DNA from: Anthoceros angustus
Taxonomy: Eukaryota; Plantae; Anthocerotophyta
DNA: 64,000 nucleotides
Assembly (NCBI GenBank): GCA_010909165.1
Contig: VJWM01000063.1
Coordinates: 1 to 64,000, forward strand
Direction: 5' to 3'
Each line of letters opens with the position of its first letter. The first letter of the stretch is position 1. The notes under the pieces were generated by a model, which had not been told where the DNA came from, did no database searches, and saw only the letters and a program-made list of their open reading frames with translations. Position numbers and translations under genes: made by a program. Shown piece after piece: positions 34,576 to 49,397 of the stretch.

Positions 34576-37391
34576 CAACAAGGAAAAGAATAGACAATTG
34601 ATGTAGAGGTTTCCATCGTTCTCATTTGTTGGATGCAAATCTGTCCTCACAAATAAAGTGGCTGTAAGGAATGCCGGAAGATCAGCCTGCAACGTACAAG
34701 AAGGGTTGAGGTGAATGTGTGTTCCTTTTCTTTCTACAGGTACCGAATCATGAGTTGCTTCACAGAAAGAAGTATGCATAGCCAAAAGAAGTCGCCCGTT
34801 TACCTGGAAGCAAGATGTACCTGGGCAGTGCGGAAAACATGCAGACAACTGTTGCGCTTCATCAACAACAGTTCTCGCTCAAAGCAGGCTTTGAAAAGCT
34901 TCCACTTTGACAGAGCATACTTTGCCTTGGATATTGCCCGGGGGTGGCTTTTAAAAACATCGAATGGAGTTGCAAGGTGTGCCTTCAATGCTCTCCCGAC
35001 CTCGGACTCCTGAAATGCAGATGCCATTGCAGAAAGTATGTGTTTGTAAGGCCTGCTCTTGTCTTCCCAATACTGCGCCTGATCCTTCTTTGAAATAACC
35101 TGACATCACAGGGTGGCCAATTACAGGAAGGCGTGAGGTGAAATTCCATTCACATATATTCAAGGTCCAAGACATGAAGAGACATTCAGAATACTTCACT
35201 TCTTGAAGAAAGTCGGCTAGGCCTTTACGAGGTGGAAGCTTGAACCCCAGTGACTCGAAAAACTCGAGGACTCTTTCCCGGGGCCCACGTATACCACATG
35301 AACCTTGGCTAGGAGGAGAATGTCATCGAAAAGGTCAAACGTTTCTGGGGGTGGCTGCAGGAGACCCATTAGCACAGTTGCATCATGCAGGTGAACGAAG
35401 TTACGCGTGCATTTCACAATTTGGAAGGTTGTGGAGCTGTCCAACCCTGTAGATATCTCGTCCATAAACAAAGTGTTCTTGGGTCCAACCACCATGTCAC
35501 CTGCAAAGACAGCAGCACTAGTCAGATACTCGATGCAAGCAGCCAAAGCAGGATGTTATAAATGCGAGTGCTGCGTTTTCTGAGACCCGGCATGTCGAGG
35601 GAGAAGCCACAGCCAACCTGTCGTCACACGTTTTTTTTGGCCTCCTGAAATCCCCCTGAGCATCTGATCTCCCACAATCGTGTCTGCACAGTGTTCGAGG
35701 CATAATATAGTCTGTAGAAACACTGTGCTTCGTGCCCTCCACAGATGAGGCCTGCATTACACACGTCACATCAAATGGTCAAAAATAACTTAGCTGACTG
35801 TCGCACTTTTTTTGGACTGCCACAGCCTGCAGGATGATCCTTCTTCTTGGTCCACCTGGTTGTGGTTATAAATCGACGCTGCTGATGGCGCTGGCGGGAA
35901 AGCTAAATTCAAGCTTACGTTTAAGGGTGCGACCGCCTCCTTCTCGCAAGCCTGGAGTCAGCGTCCATCAATTTGCCGGTTTTGGACCCAGCTCATCCTC
36001 TCTAATGAACCTGTTTGTGCAATTGTGACCAGAAATTTGGCTTGATCACTTACAACGGCCTGACGCTCAAGGAATTTGTGCCACAAAGCACAGCGTCATA
36101 TATTAGCCAGACTGACAATCACATCGGCGAGCTTACTGTACGAGAGACTCTTGACTTCGCAGCCCGGTGTCAAGGTGTAGGCTATAAACAAGGCATGTGA
36201 CCTGTGGGTCTACCTTGCAGTTTGTTCTTGCTAAGGCACACACATACCTCATCCTGTCTGGGGCCAATTACGCAGAGATGATGGCTGAGCTTGCTAGGAG
36301 GGAGAAGGCACACCAAATTCGTCCTGACCCTCACATTGATGCCTACAAGACGTCAGTGGCGTGATCGAGCCTGGAAGGTGAGAGGTTACGGGTTGTCGAC
36401 CATCATTTTCTGAATTCCCAGAATATGGAGGTCACATTTCTCCGACGGCAGCAATCTGCAAGCAGATAGGCCTGCAGGCCTGCAGAGCCGGGCTATATGG
36501 ATCACCTGCCAAATCACATCCATGACGCAGAACATGGAATCTTTGTCTAGAGACGCGGGCGGCGAAATTTGAGAGAGCCGCCGCCGGGTACAATTGTGTC
36601 ACACAGATGTCGTGCAGCAGTTTAATTGCACGCCCGTGAACAGGCGTGGGACGCACCATCTTCACCCAGTGACGAGACCGAGGATGGTGGGCCCCGTCAT
36701 GTACATCAACCGGAAGAGAACTATACATACAAGGGACGCAAAGTTTGTCACCTCGACCAGATTCCGCACGAAATTCCACAGCGACGGAAGCGCACGCCTG
36801 CCAACATAAAACTGAGCCAAGACATGCAGGTCCTGGAAGCGGACCTCGACCTTGGGAAGCTCAATTCCGACGCTGCAACGCACAAAACAGTCAAGATATA
36901 TGGCAACAGCATTTGCAAGCACAATCGGTTTGCACATACTAGATGTACGAGTACATAACGCACAAAACAGTCAAGATTCCAACAGCATTTGCAAGCACCA
37001 CTGCCCGGACAATCGGTTTGCACATACATACAGGATATATGGTATGGTATGTACCTGTCAATGCGGCTCTTGAGGGACTGCAGAAGCTTTTCGTTATCCC
37101 CCTCCGACGTGTTGAATGCCTTGGCCAGAAGGCTGGCAGGCTCAATGCTTATGCTGCTGCGGGCCTTCCCCATTGCTGGTGACGTCTAGATACCCGGCAA
37201 GGATCGCGGTGTATGGGGGTAGATGCTTCTCGTGCGTGGCCCAGGTGAGAGCCTCCGGATTCGTGTTCTCACGATGGTCCGTCTGCTGGCTGCTGAGTGG
37301 CCAGAAAAGGAACGCAACCCTTGCCGGCGTCGTCCCACGCGCGGGTGCGTCCCAGCTTCATGTCAAACGGAGGGGCAGTGGATTCCGCCAT
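34576..37391 (-). pseudogene. Old inverted (head-to-head) copy of the 5' half of the PDR gene, internally rearranged
   Basis: Diverged paralogue of 39958-42950: [40 protein letters not shown]. Deletions and two internal plus-oriented pieces. Confidence 0.9.
35807..36417 (+). pseudogene. Two in-place inverted pieces of the PDR pseudogene
   Basis: 35807-36348 encodes [32 protein letters not shown] (gene 41170-41725); 36350-36417 matches gene 41078-41142 (VSGVIEPGR). Both lie on + within an otherwise minus-strand copy. Confidence 0.8.
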
Positions 37392-40300
37392 CGCCCACCT
37401 TCGAATGACGCTATCAATTCAGCTGCTTAATTCCAGCACTGGTACCTAAAGTGCGCGTCCATACAATACAGAGGAAGGCTGGCACTGGAACTAGAACTGG
37501 TCATGGATGCACAAGAAGATATTTATTGGCCCACACCGTCAAGGGGAGGCAGGCCAGTCTTCTCATCTATTTGCCACTATATATATGTAGATGAAGACTG
37601 TACCTGATCCAACACAGTTACTGCCAGATAGATGACGAGACTACTGTAATAAGTCTAAGGTGCAGGAGGGATTCCAACGAACCGATAGATCCGTGTCGCT
37701 TGGCCCAATGTTGGATACAGATTCTTCAAATTGTTTTGCGGTGCCCGATCGCGACGACCTGGTCTTATTGATCGGCCGCTGAACAAGTACTGGCCATACA
37801 GGCTCGCCTACAGCCGTTTTATCTTTGAGGGAGGCCGCGCTACTACTCGGCATGCCTGGATGTGCTGTCTCCAAAATAGTCCCTTAGACTAGTCCTGTTT
37901 TCAACCCGGATAGGGCTAACGGAATCTCTGCCTGTTAGGGCTCCCAACAGCGGTAGTGTCAGTTATCTCTGTGTATCTGATTAGAACTAGCAGATACTGG
38001 CCTCACGTTGATTGTGCTGGATTGCTTCCGGCATACTGACAGGACCGCCCGGAAGTTGGTTGACTGAGTCCGCGATGTACAATCCTCCGTCACCCGATGT
38101 AATCACCTTTCTGTGCTTCTCCTCGATTAAAGCCAAATTCACTACAGAAACACTTTTGTATCACTCCGAGTTCCATGGATCCATCCTTGTTGTCGGTGTC
38201 AGGGCTCTAGCTGCCCATGCGATCTTGGAAGGCATACAGTAATGGGCCCAAGGTCTGCAGGACCGCACAACAGGACATGGGCGCTGATCGAGACCCCGTG
38301 TAGCTGAAGAAAGGCTCTGCCCTTCTACACGTGACGCACTTGGGCTTCAAAGCACGCAGCCTGCATGTGCGGCACATATAGCGAGGTTGCGCACGCTTGC
38401 AAGTTCGCACGCGCCAAGAATGTATGGCCGCCAACGTCATGCTAATTGGGGTCGGCCTTCCTGTATATGTAGGAGTGTTTGATAGTGGGAGTGTTTAGTG
38501 GTTTTCATCCCAAAGGTATTATTTAGAAATGTTAGATGCTCAATTAATAGGTTTAAGATTGACTTGTCTTGTGTATGTAAATCGGTCAAGTCTACCTAGA
38601 CGCGCTGGCACATAAGACGTCGGGGAGATAGCAGAAAATTGGCATATAACACGTCGCCGATAACTGAGATATCTCACCACCGTCGACGGCTCTAGTAGGC
38701 TGAGATTCAGTCAGCCCCAGCCGGGCTGAGAGAGGACTAGTAGTCAAGGCACTATTCTAGAGACCGCTGCCTGCCGCCCCAGGCAGAGTAATAGCGGCTT
38801 CCCCATTCGAATCAAGCGGCTCAATTCTATGCTCAAGGCGAGGCTGTATGGGCCAGTACTACCTCAGCGGACGAAAGATAGTATCGACTTCAATCACGCC
38901 ATAAAATTGAGGAATTCGACGAATGTGTATCCAATGGGCCCAACAACGTCGATCTATCATGTCGTTGGAATCACTCTTGCACCATCAGACTGTGTTACAC
39001 CGGTTTGGCAAGCGGAAGCTTAAATTTATTCCAACTCAGCGTGTTCATTACAGCTCCCGCCCTTTAAGTTGATCTCCGCGCTGAATTAGTCTACCACTGC
39101 CTACACTTCAACTCTTGCTGGCTGTAGTGACGGTGCTTACTCAAGTCACGCGGCCACCCTAAACGGAAGTCCAGAATTGTAACAGACTGAGTCTTCTCAC
39201 ATACAGTCTTCTCATCCATTTGTCACTATCTGCTGCATCGATCAGATACAGTAGTCCTCTCATCCATCTGCCACCATGTGCTGCTAGATGAGATACATTC
39301 TCATCTACCTATATAGTGGGAAATAGATGAAAAGACTGCAGATACACATGCTTGTCATGAGAATTGTGCACGCAAGATGCACAGTCCTATCTGTGTCCTC
39401 TCAGCTATCTGCAGTATACCGCAAATACTGCAAATCGCTGAGAGGACCGCCCATTCTGCAGAGAGCTGAGAGGACCGCCCATTCTGCAGACAGCTGAGAG
39501 GACCGCACAACACACGGACTGCAGATTTTATAGCTGAGAGGACCGCAGATACCTTGGACCACAGTCTTCTCGATGAGAAGACGGTGTATCTGTCTGTCAT
39601 GGTGTGGAAGAGTTTGTGCCCCTAGTATAAAAGCATAGATGAGCTAACTTTTCAATATCTGTATCCGCAGCGGGAAGCTGAAGCTGGCCTGCCTCCCTTT
39701 CCCTGATAGGAATTTGCAGGACGACAGGTCTGCTTGCCACCCTTGCCGTGAGAGGAATTTGCAGGACGACAGGTCTGCCTGCCTCCTTTTCCTTCTTCTT
39801 GTGCTGCATCCATTGCTAGTTCCCTGGCGAGTTCCGGATCTGTTGCCGGTGCCAGGCTGCAGCACATGTATGCACACGCATTGTAGGCACGCACATTGCA
39901 TCGCATGCTGGGATTATTCAGGCAGCTGAATTGATACTGGTCATTCGAAGGTGGGCGATGGCGGGACCCACTGCCCCTCCATTCGACTTGAAGCTGGGAG
40001 GCACGCGCGTGTGGACGACACTGGCGTGGGCCGCGCCCCTTTCTGGCCACTCCAGCAGCCAGCAGACAGACGAGGAAACGGATCCGGAGGCTCTCACTTG
40101 GGTCGCGCTCGAGAAGCTTCCTCCCTACATCGCCATCCTGGCGGGGTCTCTGGATGTCACCAGCAATGAGGAACACCCGCAGCAGCCTGAGCGTGTGGAT
40201 GTGCGCAAGCTCAGCCGCATGCAGCGCGCCAGGCTTCTGGCCAAGGCCTTCGGCACCTCGGAGCGTGATAACGTAAAGCTTCTGCAGTCCCTCAAGAACC

Positions 40301-42950
40301 GCATTGACAGGTACTCACAGTATTTGCAAACCGATTGTGCTGGACATGGTGCAATTCCTTTGTTTTCTACATCTACATACAGTATGTCTGTGCAAACCGA
40401 CTGTGCGGGAAATGATCCTTGCAAATGTTGTTGGAATCTTGACAGTTCTGTGCTTTGCAGAGTCGGGATTGAGCTCCCCAAGGTTGAGGTCCGCTTCCAG
40501 GACCTGCACGTCTCGGCCCAGGTGTATGTTGGCGGGCGTGCGCTTCCGTCGCTGTGGAATTTCGTCTGGAACCTGGTCGAGGTACAATGCCCATTCAAAA
40601 TTGGCGCCTGTGTAAAGGTTTGCATACACTCGTGAGGCCAGTGGTGGGGCCCGCCACTCACACCCAGGTTGCCCGTTACCCTGGTGCCTTCGAATTTACA
40701 TCACATCTATCCATCCATGCGACTCCTCTTCGTCCCGCATCGGATCTGGAGGTCTGATGGTAGGATGTATGGATGGGGTGGTGATCATTCGACCATGGAA
40801 GGGGATGGACAGGCTGCTTGGGTGAGGATGGAGGGCCTCACGTCTGTTCACGGACTTGCATTTAAACTTTCAAACTGGACGGGATCTAGTTGCAATTCAA
40901 TCTGCAAATCTCCGTTGGCGGTTCTCGCAAATTTTGCCGCTGGCAGCTCTCGCAAGTTTCATGTTTTGCTTCATTGTTGTGACGCGGAACGTGATCGATA
41001 TGGCTCCGCCTTGCAGGCCTGCCTAGCTGGTTGCAGATTGCTGCCGTCAGAGAAATGTGACCTCAAATTCTGCACGGCGTCAGTGGGATGATCAAGCCTG
41101 GGAGGTGAGGTGTTACCGATCGTCGATTAGCATTTCCGAATGCTCGCTCCCCCTCTGGCTGAAACATTAACTTTGTGGATTGCCACACATTTTCTTGGGC
41201 TGCAGGATGACCCTTCTTCTTGGTCCACCGGGTTCTGGCAAATCGACGCTGCTGCTGGCGCTAGTGGGAAAGCTAGATTCAAGCTTACGGGTGTGATTTT
41301 TCCCCTGCCCCACTCCTCTTGCTTCGTTTGCAAGCCTAGAGTCAGACTCCATAAATTGCCGGCTTTGGACTCAGCTCAAACTCTCTAATTGCCCTGTTTG
41401 TGCACTTGTGACCAGAAATCTGGCTTGATTACTTACAACGGCCTGACGCTCAAGGAATTTGTACCTCAAAGGACAGCGTTGTATGTTAGCCAGACTGACA
41501 ATCACATCGGCGAGCTTACTGTACGAGAGACTCTTGACTTCGCTGCCCGGTGTCAAGGTGTAGGCTATAAACAAGGTATGTGGACTGTGGGACCTTATCC
41601 CCTTGATTATCCTCGCTAAGGCACACAATCTCATCCTGATCCCAATTATTGCAGCGATGATGGCTGAGCTCGCTAGGAGGAGGAGGAACAGAAAATTCGT
41701 CCTCCTGATTGACGCATATATGAAGGTAGCATGGCTAGTTACGTCCTCTCAGGCATTCACGTGGGGCGTTCTCCACCGTTTCATTACACGATTTGATATA
41801 CTGTGTGTGTATCAGGCGTCAGCTGTGGAGGGCAAGAAGCACAGTGTTTCTACGGATTATATCATGAAGATCCTCGGTCTTGAACACTGTGCAGACACGG
41901 TTGTGGGAGATCAGATGCTCAGGGGATTTCAGGAGGCCAAAAAACGACTAACAACAGGTTTGCTGTGGCTTCTGCCTCGCGAAAGCCGGGTCTGGGAAAA
42001 CGTAGCACTTGCTTACTATCCTGCTTTGGCTGGTTGCATCGAGTATCTGACTAGTGCTGCTCTCTTTGCAGGTGAGATGGTGGTTGGACCCAGGAACACT
42101 TTGTTTATGGACGAGATCTCTACAGGGTTGGACAGCTCCACAACCTTCCAAATCGTAAAATGCACCCGCAACTTCGTTCACCTGCATGATGCAACTGTGC
42201 TAATGGCTCTCCTCCAGCCCCCCCCGGAAACGTTTGACCTTTTCGATGACATTCTCCTCCTAGCTGAGGGTCATGGTATACCTGGGGCCTCGAGAAGGTC
42301 CTCGAGTTTTTGAGTCACTGGGGTTCAAGCTTCCACCTCAAAAGCGTGCAGACTTTCTTCAAGAGTGAAGTATTCTGAATGTCTCTTCATTTTGGACCTT
42401 GAATGAATGGAATTTCACCTCACTCCTTCCTGTAAATGGCCACCCCTGTGATGTCAGGTTACTTCAAAGAAGGATCAGGCGCAGTACTGGGCAGACAAGA
42501 GCAGCCTTACAAATACATACCGGTTTCTGCAATCGCAGCTGCATTTCAGGAGTCCGAGGTTGGAAAGAATTGAAGGCACAACTAACTCCACTGGATGTTT
42601 AAAGCCACCCCTGGCAATGGCCAAGACAAAGTATGCTTTGTCAAAGTGGAAGCTTTTCGAAGCCTGCTTTGAACGAGAACTGTTGTTAATGAAGCGCAAC
42701 AGTTTTCTGTATGTTTTCCGCACTTTGCAGGTACATCATCTTGCTTCCAGTTGGGGAACGTCTTTGGCGATGTATTTGTCAAGCAATTATTCATGATTCG
42801 GTAGACAGAAAATAAACAGGCATTTACTTCTAACCTTTCTTGTATGTGGCAGGTTGGTTTAGTGGCATTCCTGACAGCCACTTTATTTGTGAGGACAGAT
42901 TTGCATCCCACAAATGAGAGCGATGGAAACCTGTACATGAATTGTCTATT
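36361..42950 (+). repeat. Triplicated unit, copy 1
   Basis: Near-identical to 49392-55872 (direct) and 42951-49397 (inverted). Confidence 0.92.
39958..42950 (+). pseudogene. 3'-truncated PDR/ABCG copy (NBD1 only)
   Basis: [40 protein letters not shown]; breaks off at NLYMNCL. Confidence 0.85.
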
Positions 42951-45912
42951 TATTTTCTGTCTACTGAAATCATGAATAATTGCTTGACAAATACATCGCC
43001 AAGACGTCCCCAACTGGATGCAAGATGATGTACCTGCAAAGTGCGGAAAACATACAGAAAACTGTTGCGCTTCATCAACAACAGTTCTCGTTCAAAGCAG
43101 GCTTTGAAAAGCTTCCACTTTGACATACTTTGTCTTGGCCATTGCCAGGGGTGGCTTTTAGAAACATCCAGTGGAGTTGCAAGTTGTGCCTTCAATTCTT
43201 TCCAACCTGATTCCTGAAATGCAGCTGCGATTGCAGAAACCGGTATGTATTTGTAAGGCCTGCTCTTGTCTGCCCAGTACTGCGCCTGATCCTTCTTTGA
43301 AGTAACCTGACATCACAGGGTGGCCATTTACAGGAAGGAGTGAGGTGAAATTCCATTCACATTCAAGGTCCAAAACATGAAGAGACATTCAGAATACTTC
43401 ACTTCTTGAAGAAAGTCGGCCACGCTTTTACGAGGTGGAAGCTTGAACCCCAGTGACTCAAAAAACTCGAGGACTTTTTCTCGAGGCCCCAGGTATACCA
43501 CGTGACCCTCAGCTAGGAGGAGAATGTCATCGAAAAGGTCAAACGTTTCCGGGGGGGGCTGGAGGAGAGCCATTAGCACAGTTGCATCATGCAGGTGAAC
43601 GAAGTTGCGGGTGCATTTTACGATTTGGAAGGTTGTGGAGCTGTCCAACCCTGTAGAGATCTCGTCCATAAACAAAGTGTTCCTGGGTCCAACCACCATC
43701 TCACCTGCAAAGAGAGCAGCACTAGTCAGATACTCGATGCAACCAGCCAAAGCAGGATAGTAAGTACGAGTGCTACGTTTTCTCAGACCCGGCTTTCGCG
43801 AGGCAGAAGCCACAGCAAACCTGTTGTTAGTCGTTTTTTTTGGCCTCCTGAAATCCCCCTGAGCATCTGATCTCCCACAATCGTGTCTGCACAGTGTTCA
43901 AGACCGAGGATCTTCATGATATAATCCGTAGAAACACTGTGCTTCTTGCCCTCCACAGCTGACGCCTGATACACACAGTATATCAAATCGTGAAACGGTG
44001 TGAATGCCAAAGAACAAATTAATTTTCTGTTCCTCCTCCCTCCTAGCGAGCTCAGCCATCATCGCTGCAATAATTGGGATCAGAAAGGATGAGATTGTGT
44101 GCCTTAGCGAGGATAATCAAGGGGATAAGGTCCCACAGTCCACATACCTTGTTTATAGCCTACACCTTGACACCGGGCAGCGAAGTCAAGAGTCTCTCGT
44201 ACAGTAAGCTCGCCGATGTGATTGTCAGTCTGGCTAACATACAACGCTGTCCTTTGAGGTACAAATTCCTTGAGCGTCAGGCCGTTGTAAGTAATCAAGC
44301 CAGATTTCTGGTCACAAGTGCACAAAACAGGGCAATTAGAGTTTGAGCTGAGTCCAAAGCCGGCAATTTATGGAGTCTGACTCTAGGCTTGCAAACGAAG
44401 CAAGAGGAGTGGGGCAGGGGAAAAATCACACCCGTAAGCTTGAATCTAGCTTTCCCACTAGCGCCAGCAGCAGCGTCGATTTGCCAGAACCCGGTGGACC
44501 AAGAAGAAGGGTCATCCTGCAGCCCAAGAAAATGTGTGGCAATCCACAAAGTTAATGTTTCAGCCAGAGGAGCGAGCATTCAAATGCTAATCGACGATCG
44601 GTAACACCTCACCTCCCAGGCTTGATCATCCCACTGACGCCGTGCAGAATTTGGAGGTCACATTTCTCTGACGGCAGCAATCTGCAACCAGCTAGGCAGG
44701 CCTGCAAGGCGGAGCCATATCGATCACGTTCCGCGTCACAACAATGAAGCAAAACATGAAACTTGCGAGAGCTGCCAGCGGCAAAATTTGCGAGAACCGC
44801 CAACGGAGATTTGCAGATTGAATTGCAACTAGATCCCGTCCAGTTTGAAAGTTTAAAATGCAAGTCCGTGAACAGACGTGAGGCCCTCCATCCTCACCCA
44901 AGCAGCCTGTCCATCCCCTTCCATGGTCGAATGATCAGCCACCCCATCCATACATCCTACCATCAGACCTCCAGATCCGATGCGGGACGAAGAGAGTCGC
45001 ATGGTGGATGGATAGATGTGATGTAAATTGAAGGCACCAGGGTAACGGGCAACCTGGGTGTGAGTGGCGGCCCACCACTGGCCTCACGAGTGTATGCAAA
45101 CCTTTACACAGGCGCCAATTTTGAATGGGCATTGTACCTCGACCAGGTTCCAGACGAAATTCCACAGCGACGGAAGCGCACGCCCGCCAACATACACCTG
45201 GGCCGAGACGTGCAGGTCCTGGAAGCGGACCTCGACCTTGGGAAGCTCAATTCCGACGCTGCAACGCACAAAACAGTCAAGATATATGGCAACAGCATTT
45301 GCAAGCACAATCGGTTTGCACATACTAGATGTAGAGTACATAACGCACAAAACAGTCAAGATTCCAACAACATTTGCAAGGATCATTTCCGCACAGTCGG
45401 TTTGCACAGACATACTGTATGTAGATGTAGAAAACAAAGGAATTGCACCATGTCCAGCACAATCGGTTTGCACATACTAGATGTACGAGTACATAACGCA
45501 CAAAACAGTCAAGATTCCAACAGCATTTGCAAGCACCACTGCCCGGACAATCGGTTTGCATACATACAGGATATATGGTATGGTATGTACCTGTCAATGC
45601 GGTTCTTGAGGACTGCAGAAGCTTACGTTATCACGCTCCGAGGTGCCGAAGGCCTTGGCCAGAAGGCTGGCAGGCTCAATGCTTATGCTGCTGCGGGCCT
45701 TCCCCATTGCTGGTGACATCCAGAGACCCCGCCAGGATGGCGATGTAGGAGGAAGCTTCTCGAGCGCGACCCAAGTGAGAGCCTCCGGATCCGTTTCCTC
45801 GTCTGTCTGCTGGCTGCTGGGTGGCCAGAAAGGGGCGCGGCCCACGCCAGTGTCGTCCACACGCGCGTGCCTCCCAGCTTCAAGTCGAATGGAGGGCAGT
45901 GGGTCCCGCCAT
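42951..45912 (-). pseudogene. 3'-truncated inverted PDR/ABCG copy
   Basis: Same exons on the minus strand ([14 protein letters not shown] in ORF 43783-44010). Confidence 0.85.
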
Positions 45913-48361
45913 CGCCCACCTTCGAATGACCAGTATCAATTCAGCTGCTTAATTCCAGCACTGGTACCTAAAGTGCGTCCATACAATACAGAGGAAGGCT
46001 GGCACTGGAACTAGAACTGGTCATGGATGCAGCACAAGAAGATATTTATTGGCCCACCTGTCAAGGGGAGGCAGGCCAGCTTCAGCTTCCGCTGCGGATA
46101 CAGATATTGAAAAGTTAGCTCATCTATGCTTTTATACTAGGGGCACAAACTCTTCCACACCATGACAGACAGATACACCGTCTTCTCATCGAGAAGACTG
46201 TGGTCCAAGGTATCTGCGGTCCTCTCAGCTATAAAATCTGCAGTCCGTGTGTTGTGCGGTCCTCTCAGCTGTCTGCAGAATGGGCGGTCCTCTCAGCTCT
46301 CTGCAGAATGGGCGGTCCTCTCAGCGATTTGCAGTATTTGCGGTATACTGCAGATAGCTGAGAGGACAGATAGGACTGTGCATCTTGCGTGCACAATTCT
46401 CATGACAAGCATGTGTATCTGCAGTCTTTTCATCTATTTCCCACTATAGGTAGATGAGAATGTATCTCATCTAGCACATGGTGGCAGATGGATGAGAGGA
46501 CTACTGTATCTGATCGATGCAGCAGATAGTGACAAATGGATGAGAAGACTGTATGTGAGAAGACTCAGTCTGTTACAATTCTGGACTTCCGTTTAGGGTG
46601 GCCGCGTGACTTGAGTAAGCACCGTCACTACAGCCAGCAAGAGTTGAAGTGTAGGCAGTGGTAGACTAATTCAGCGCGGAGATCAACTTAAAAGGGCGGA
46701 GCCCGGCTGTAATGAACACGCTGAGTTGGAATAAATTTAAGCTTCCGCTTGGTGTAACACAGTCTGATGGTGCAAGAGTGATTCCAACGACATGATAGAT
46801 CGACGTTGTTGGGCCCATTGGATACACATTCGTCGAATTCCTCAATTTTATGGCGTGATTGAAGTCGATACTATCTTTCGTCCGCTGAGGTAGTACTGGC
46901 CCATACAGCCTCGCCTTGAGCATAGAATTGAGCCGCTTGATTCGAATGGGGAAGCCGCTATTACTCTGCCTGGGGCGGCAGGCAGCGGTCTCTAGAATAG
47001 TGCCTTGACTACTAGTCCTCTCTCAGCCCGGCTAGGGCTGACTGAATCTCAGCCTACTAGAGCCGTCGACGGTGGTGAGATATCTCAGTTATCGGCGACG
47101 TGTTATATGCCAATTTTCTCGCTGCTATCTCCCCCGACGTCTTATGTGCCAGCGCGTCTAGGTAGACTTGACCGATTTACACATACACAAGACAAGTCAA
47201 TCTTAAACCTATTAATTGAGCATCTAACATTTCTAAATAATACCTTTGGGATGAAAACCACTAAACACTCCCACTATCAAACACTCCTACATATACAGGA
47301 AGGCCGACCCCAATTAGCATGACGTTGGCGGCCATACATTCTTGGCGCGTGCGAACTTGCAAGCGTGCGCAACCTCATATATGTGCCGCACATGCAGGCT
47401 GCGTGCTTTGAAGCCTGCGTCACGTGTAGAAGGGCAGAGCCTTTCTTCAGCTACACGGGGTCTCGATCAGCGCCCATGTCCTGTTGTGCGGTCCTGCAGA
47501 CCTTGGGCCCATTACTGTATGCCTTCCAAGATCGCATGGGCAGCTAGAGCCCTGACACCGACAACAAGGATGGATCCATGGAACTCGGAGTGATACAAAA
47601 GTGTTTCTGTAGTGAATTTGGCTTTAATCGAGGAGAAGCACAGAAAGGTGATTACATCGGGTGACGGAGGATTGTACATCGCGGACTCAGTCAACCAACT
47701 TCCGGGCGGTCCTGTCAGTATGCCGGAAGCAATCCGGCACAATCAACGTGAGGAGCCAGTATCTGCTAGTTCTAATCAGATACACAGAGATAACTGACAC
47801 TACCGCTGTTGGGAGCCCTAACAGGCAGAGATTCCGTTAGCCCTATCCGGGTTGAAAACAGGACTAGTCTAAGGGACTATTTTGGAGACAGCACATCCAG
47901 GCATGCCGAGTAGTAGCGCGGCCTCCCCTCAAAGATAAAACGGCTGTAGGCGAGCCTGTATGGCCAGTACTTGTTCAGCGGCCGATCAATAAGACCAGGT
48001 CGTCGCGATCGGGCACCGCAAAACAATTTGAAGAATCTGTATCCAACATTGGGCCAAGCGACACGGATCTATCGGTTCGTTGGAATCCCTCCTGCACCTT
48101 TAGACTTATTACAGTAGTCTCGTCATCTATCTGGCAGTAACTGTGTTGGATCAGTCTTCTCATCTACATATATATAGTGGCAAATAGATGAGAAGACTGG
48201 CCTGCCTCCCTTGACGGTGTGGGCCAATAAATATCTTCTTGTGCATCCATGACCAGTTCTAGTTCCAGTGCCAGCCTTCCTCTGTATTGTATGGACGCGC
48301 ACTTTAGGTACCAGTGCTGGAATTAAGCAGCTGAATTGATAGCGTCATTCGAAGGTGGGCG

Positions 48362-49397
48362 ATGGCGGAATCCACTGCCCTCCGTTTGACATGAAGCTGG
48401 GACGCACCCGCGTGTGGGACGACGCCGGCAAGGGTTGCGTTCCTTTTCTGGCCACTCAGCAGCCAGCAGACGGACCATCGTGAGAACACGAATCCGGAGG
48501 CTCTCACCTGGGCCACGCACGAGAAGCATCTACCCCCATACACCGCGATCCTTGCCGGGTATCTAGACGTCACCAGCAATGGGGAAGGCCCGCAGCAGCA
48601 TAAGCATTGAGCCTGCCAGCCTTCTGGCCAAGGCATTCAACACGTCGGAGGGGGATAACGAAAAGCTTCTGCAGTCCCTCAAGAGCCGCATTGACAGGTA
48701 CATACCATACCATATATCCTGTATGTATGTGCAAACCGATTGTCCGGGCAGTGGTGCTTGCAAATGCTGTTGGAATCTTGACTGTTTGTGCGTTATGTAC
48801 TCGTACATCTAGTATGTGCAAACCGATTGTGCTTGCAAATGCTGTTGCCATATATCTTGACTGTTTGTGCGTTGCAGCGTCGGAATTGAGCTTCCCAAGG
48901 TCGAGGTCCGCTTCCAGGACCTGCATGTCTTGGCTCAGTTTTATGTTGGCAGGCGTGCGCTTCCGTCGCTGTGGAATTTCGTGCGGAATCTGGTCGAGGT
49001 GACAAACTTTGCGTCCCTTGTATGTATAGTTCTCTTCCGGTTGATGTACATGACGGGGCCCACCATCCTCGGTCTCGTCACTGGGTGAAGATGGTGCGTC
49101 CCACGCCTGTTCACGGGCGTGCAATTAAACTGCTGCACGACATCTGTGTGACACAATTGTACTAACCCGCCCGGCGGCGGCTCTCTCAAATTTCGCCGCC
49201 CGCGTCTCTAGACAAAGATTCCATGTTCTGCGTCATGGATGTGATTTGGCAGGTGATCCATATAGCCCGGCTCTGCAGGCCTGCAGGCCTATCTGCTTGC
49301 AGATTGCTGCCGTCGGAGAAATGTGACCTCCATATTCTGGGAATTCAGAAAATGATGGTCGACAACCCGTAACCTCTCACCTTCCAGGCTCGATCAC
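48362..49397 (+). pseudogene. Copy of the first exons of the old PDR pseudogene
   Basis: Reverse complement of 36361-37391. Confidence 0.85.

Larger units (their letters stand above)
42951..49397 (-). repeat. Triplicated unit, inverted middle copy
   Basis: Reverse complement of ~36361-42814; the same ORFs recur on the opposite strand (e.g. 38829+/46923-/51728+). Confidence 0.92.
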
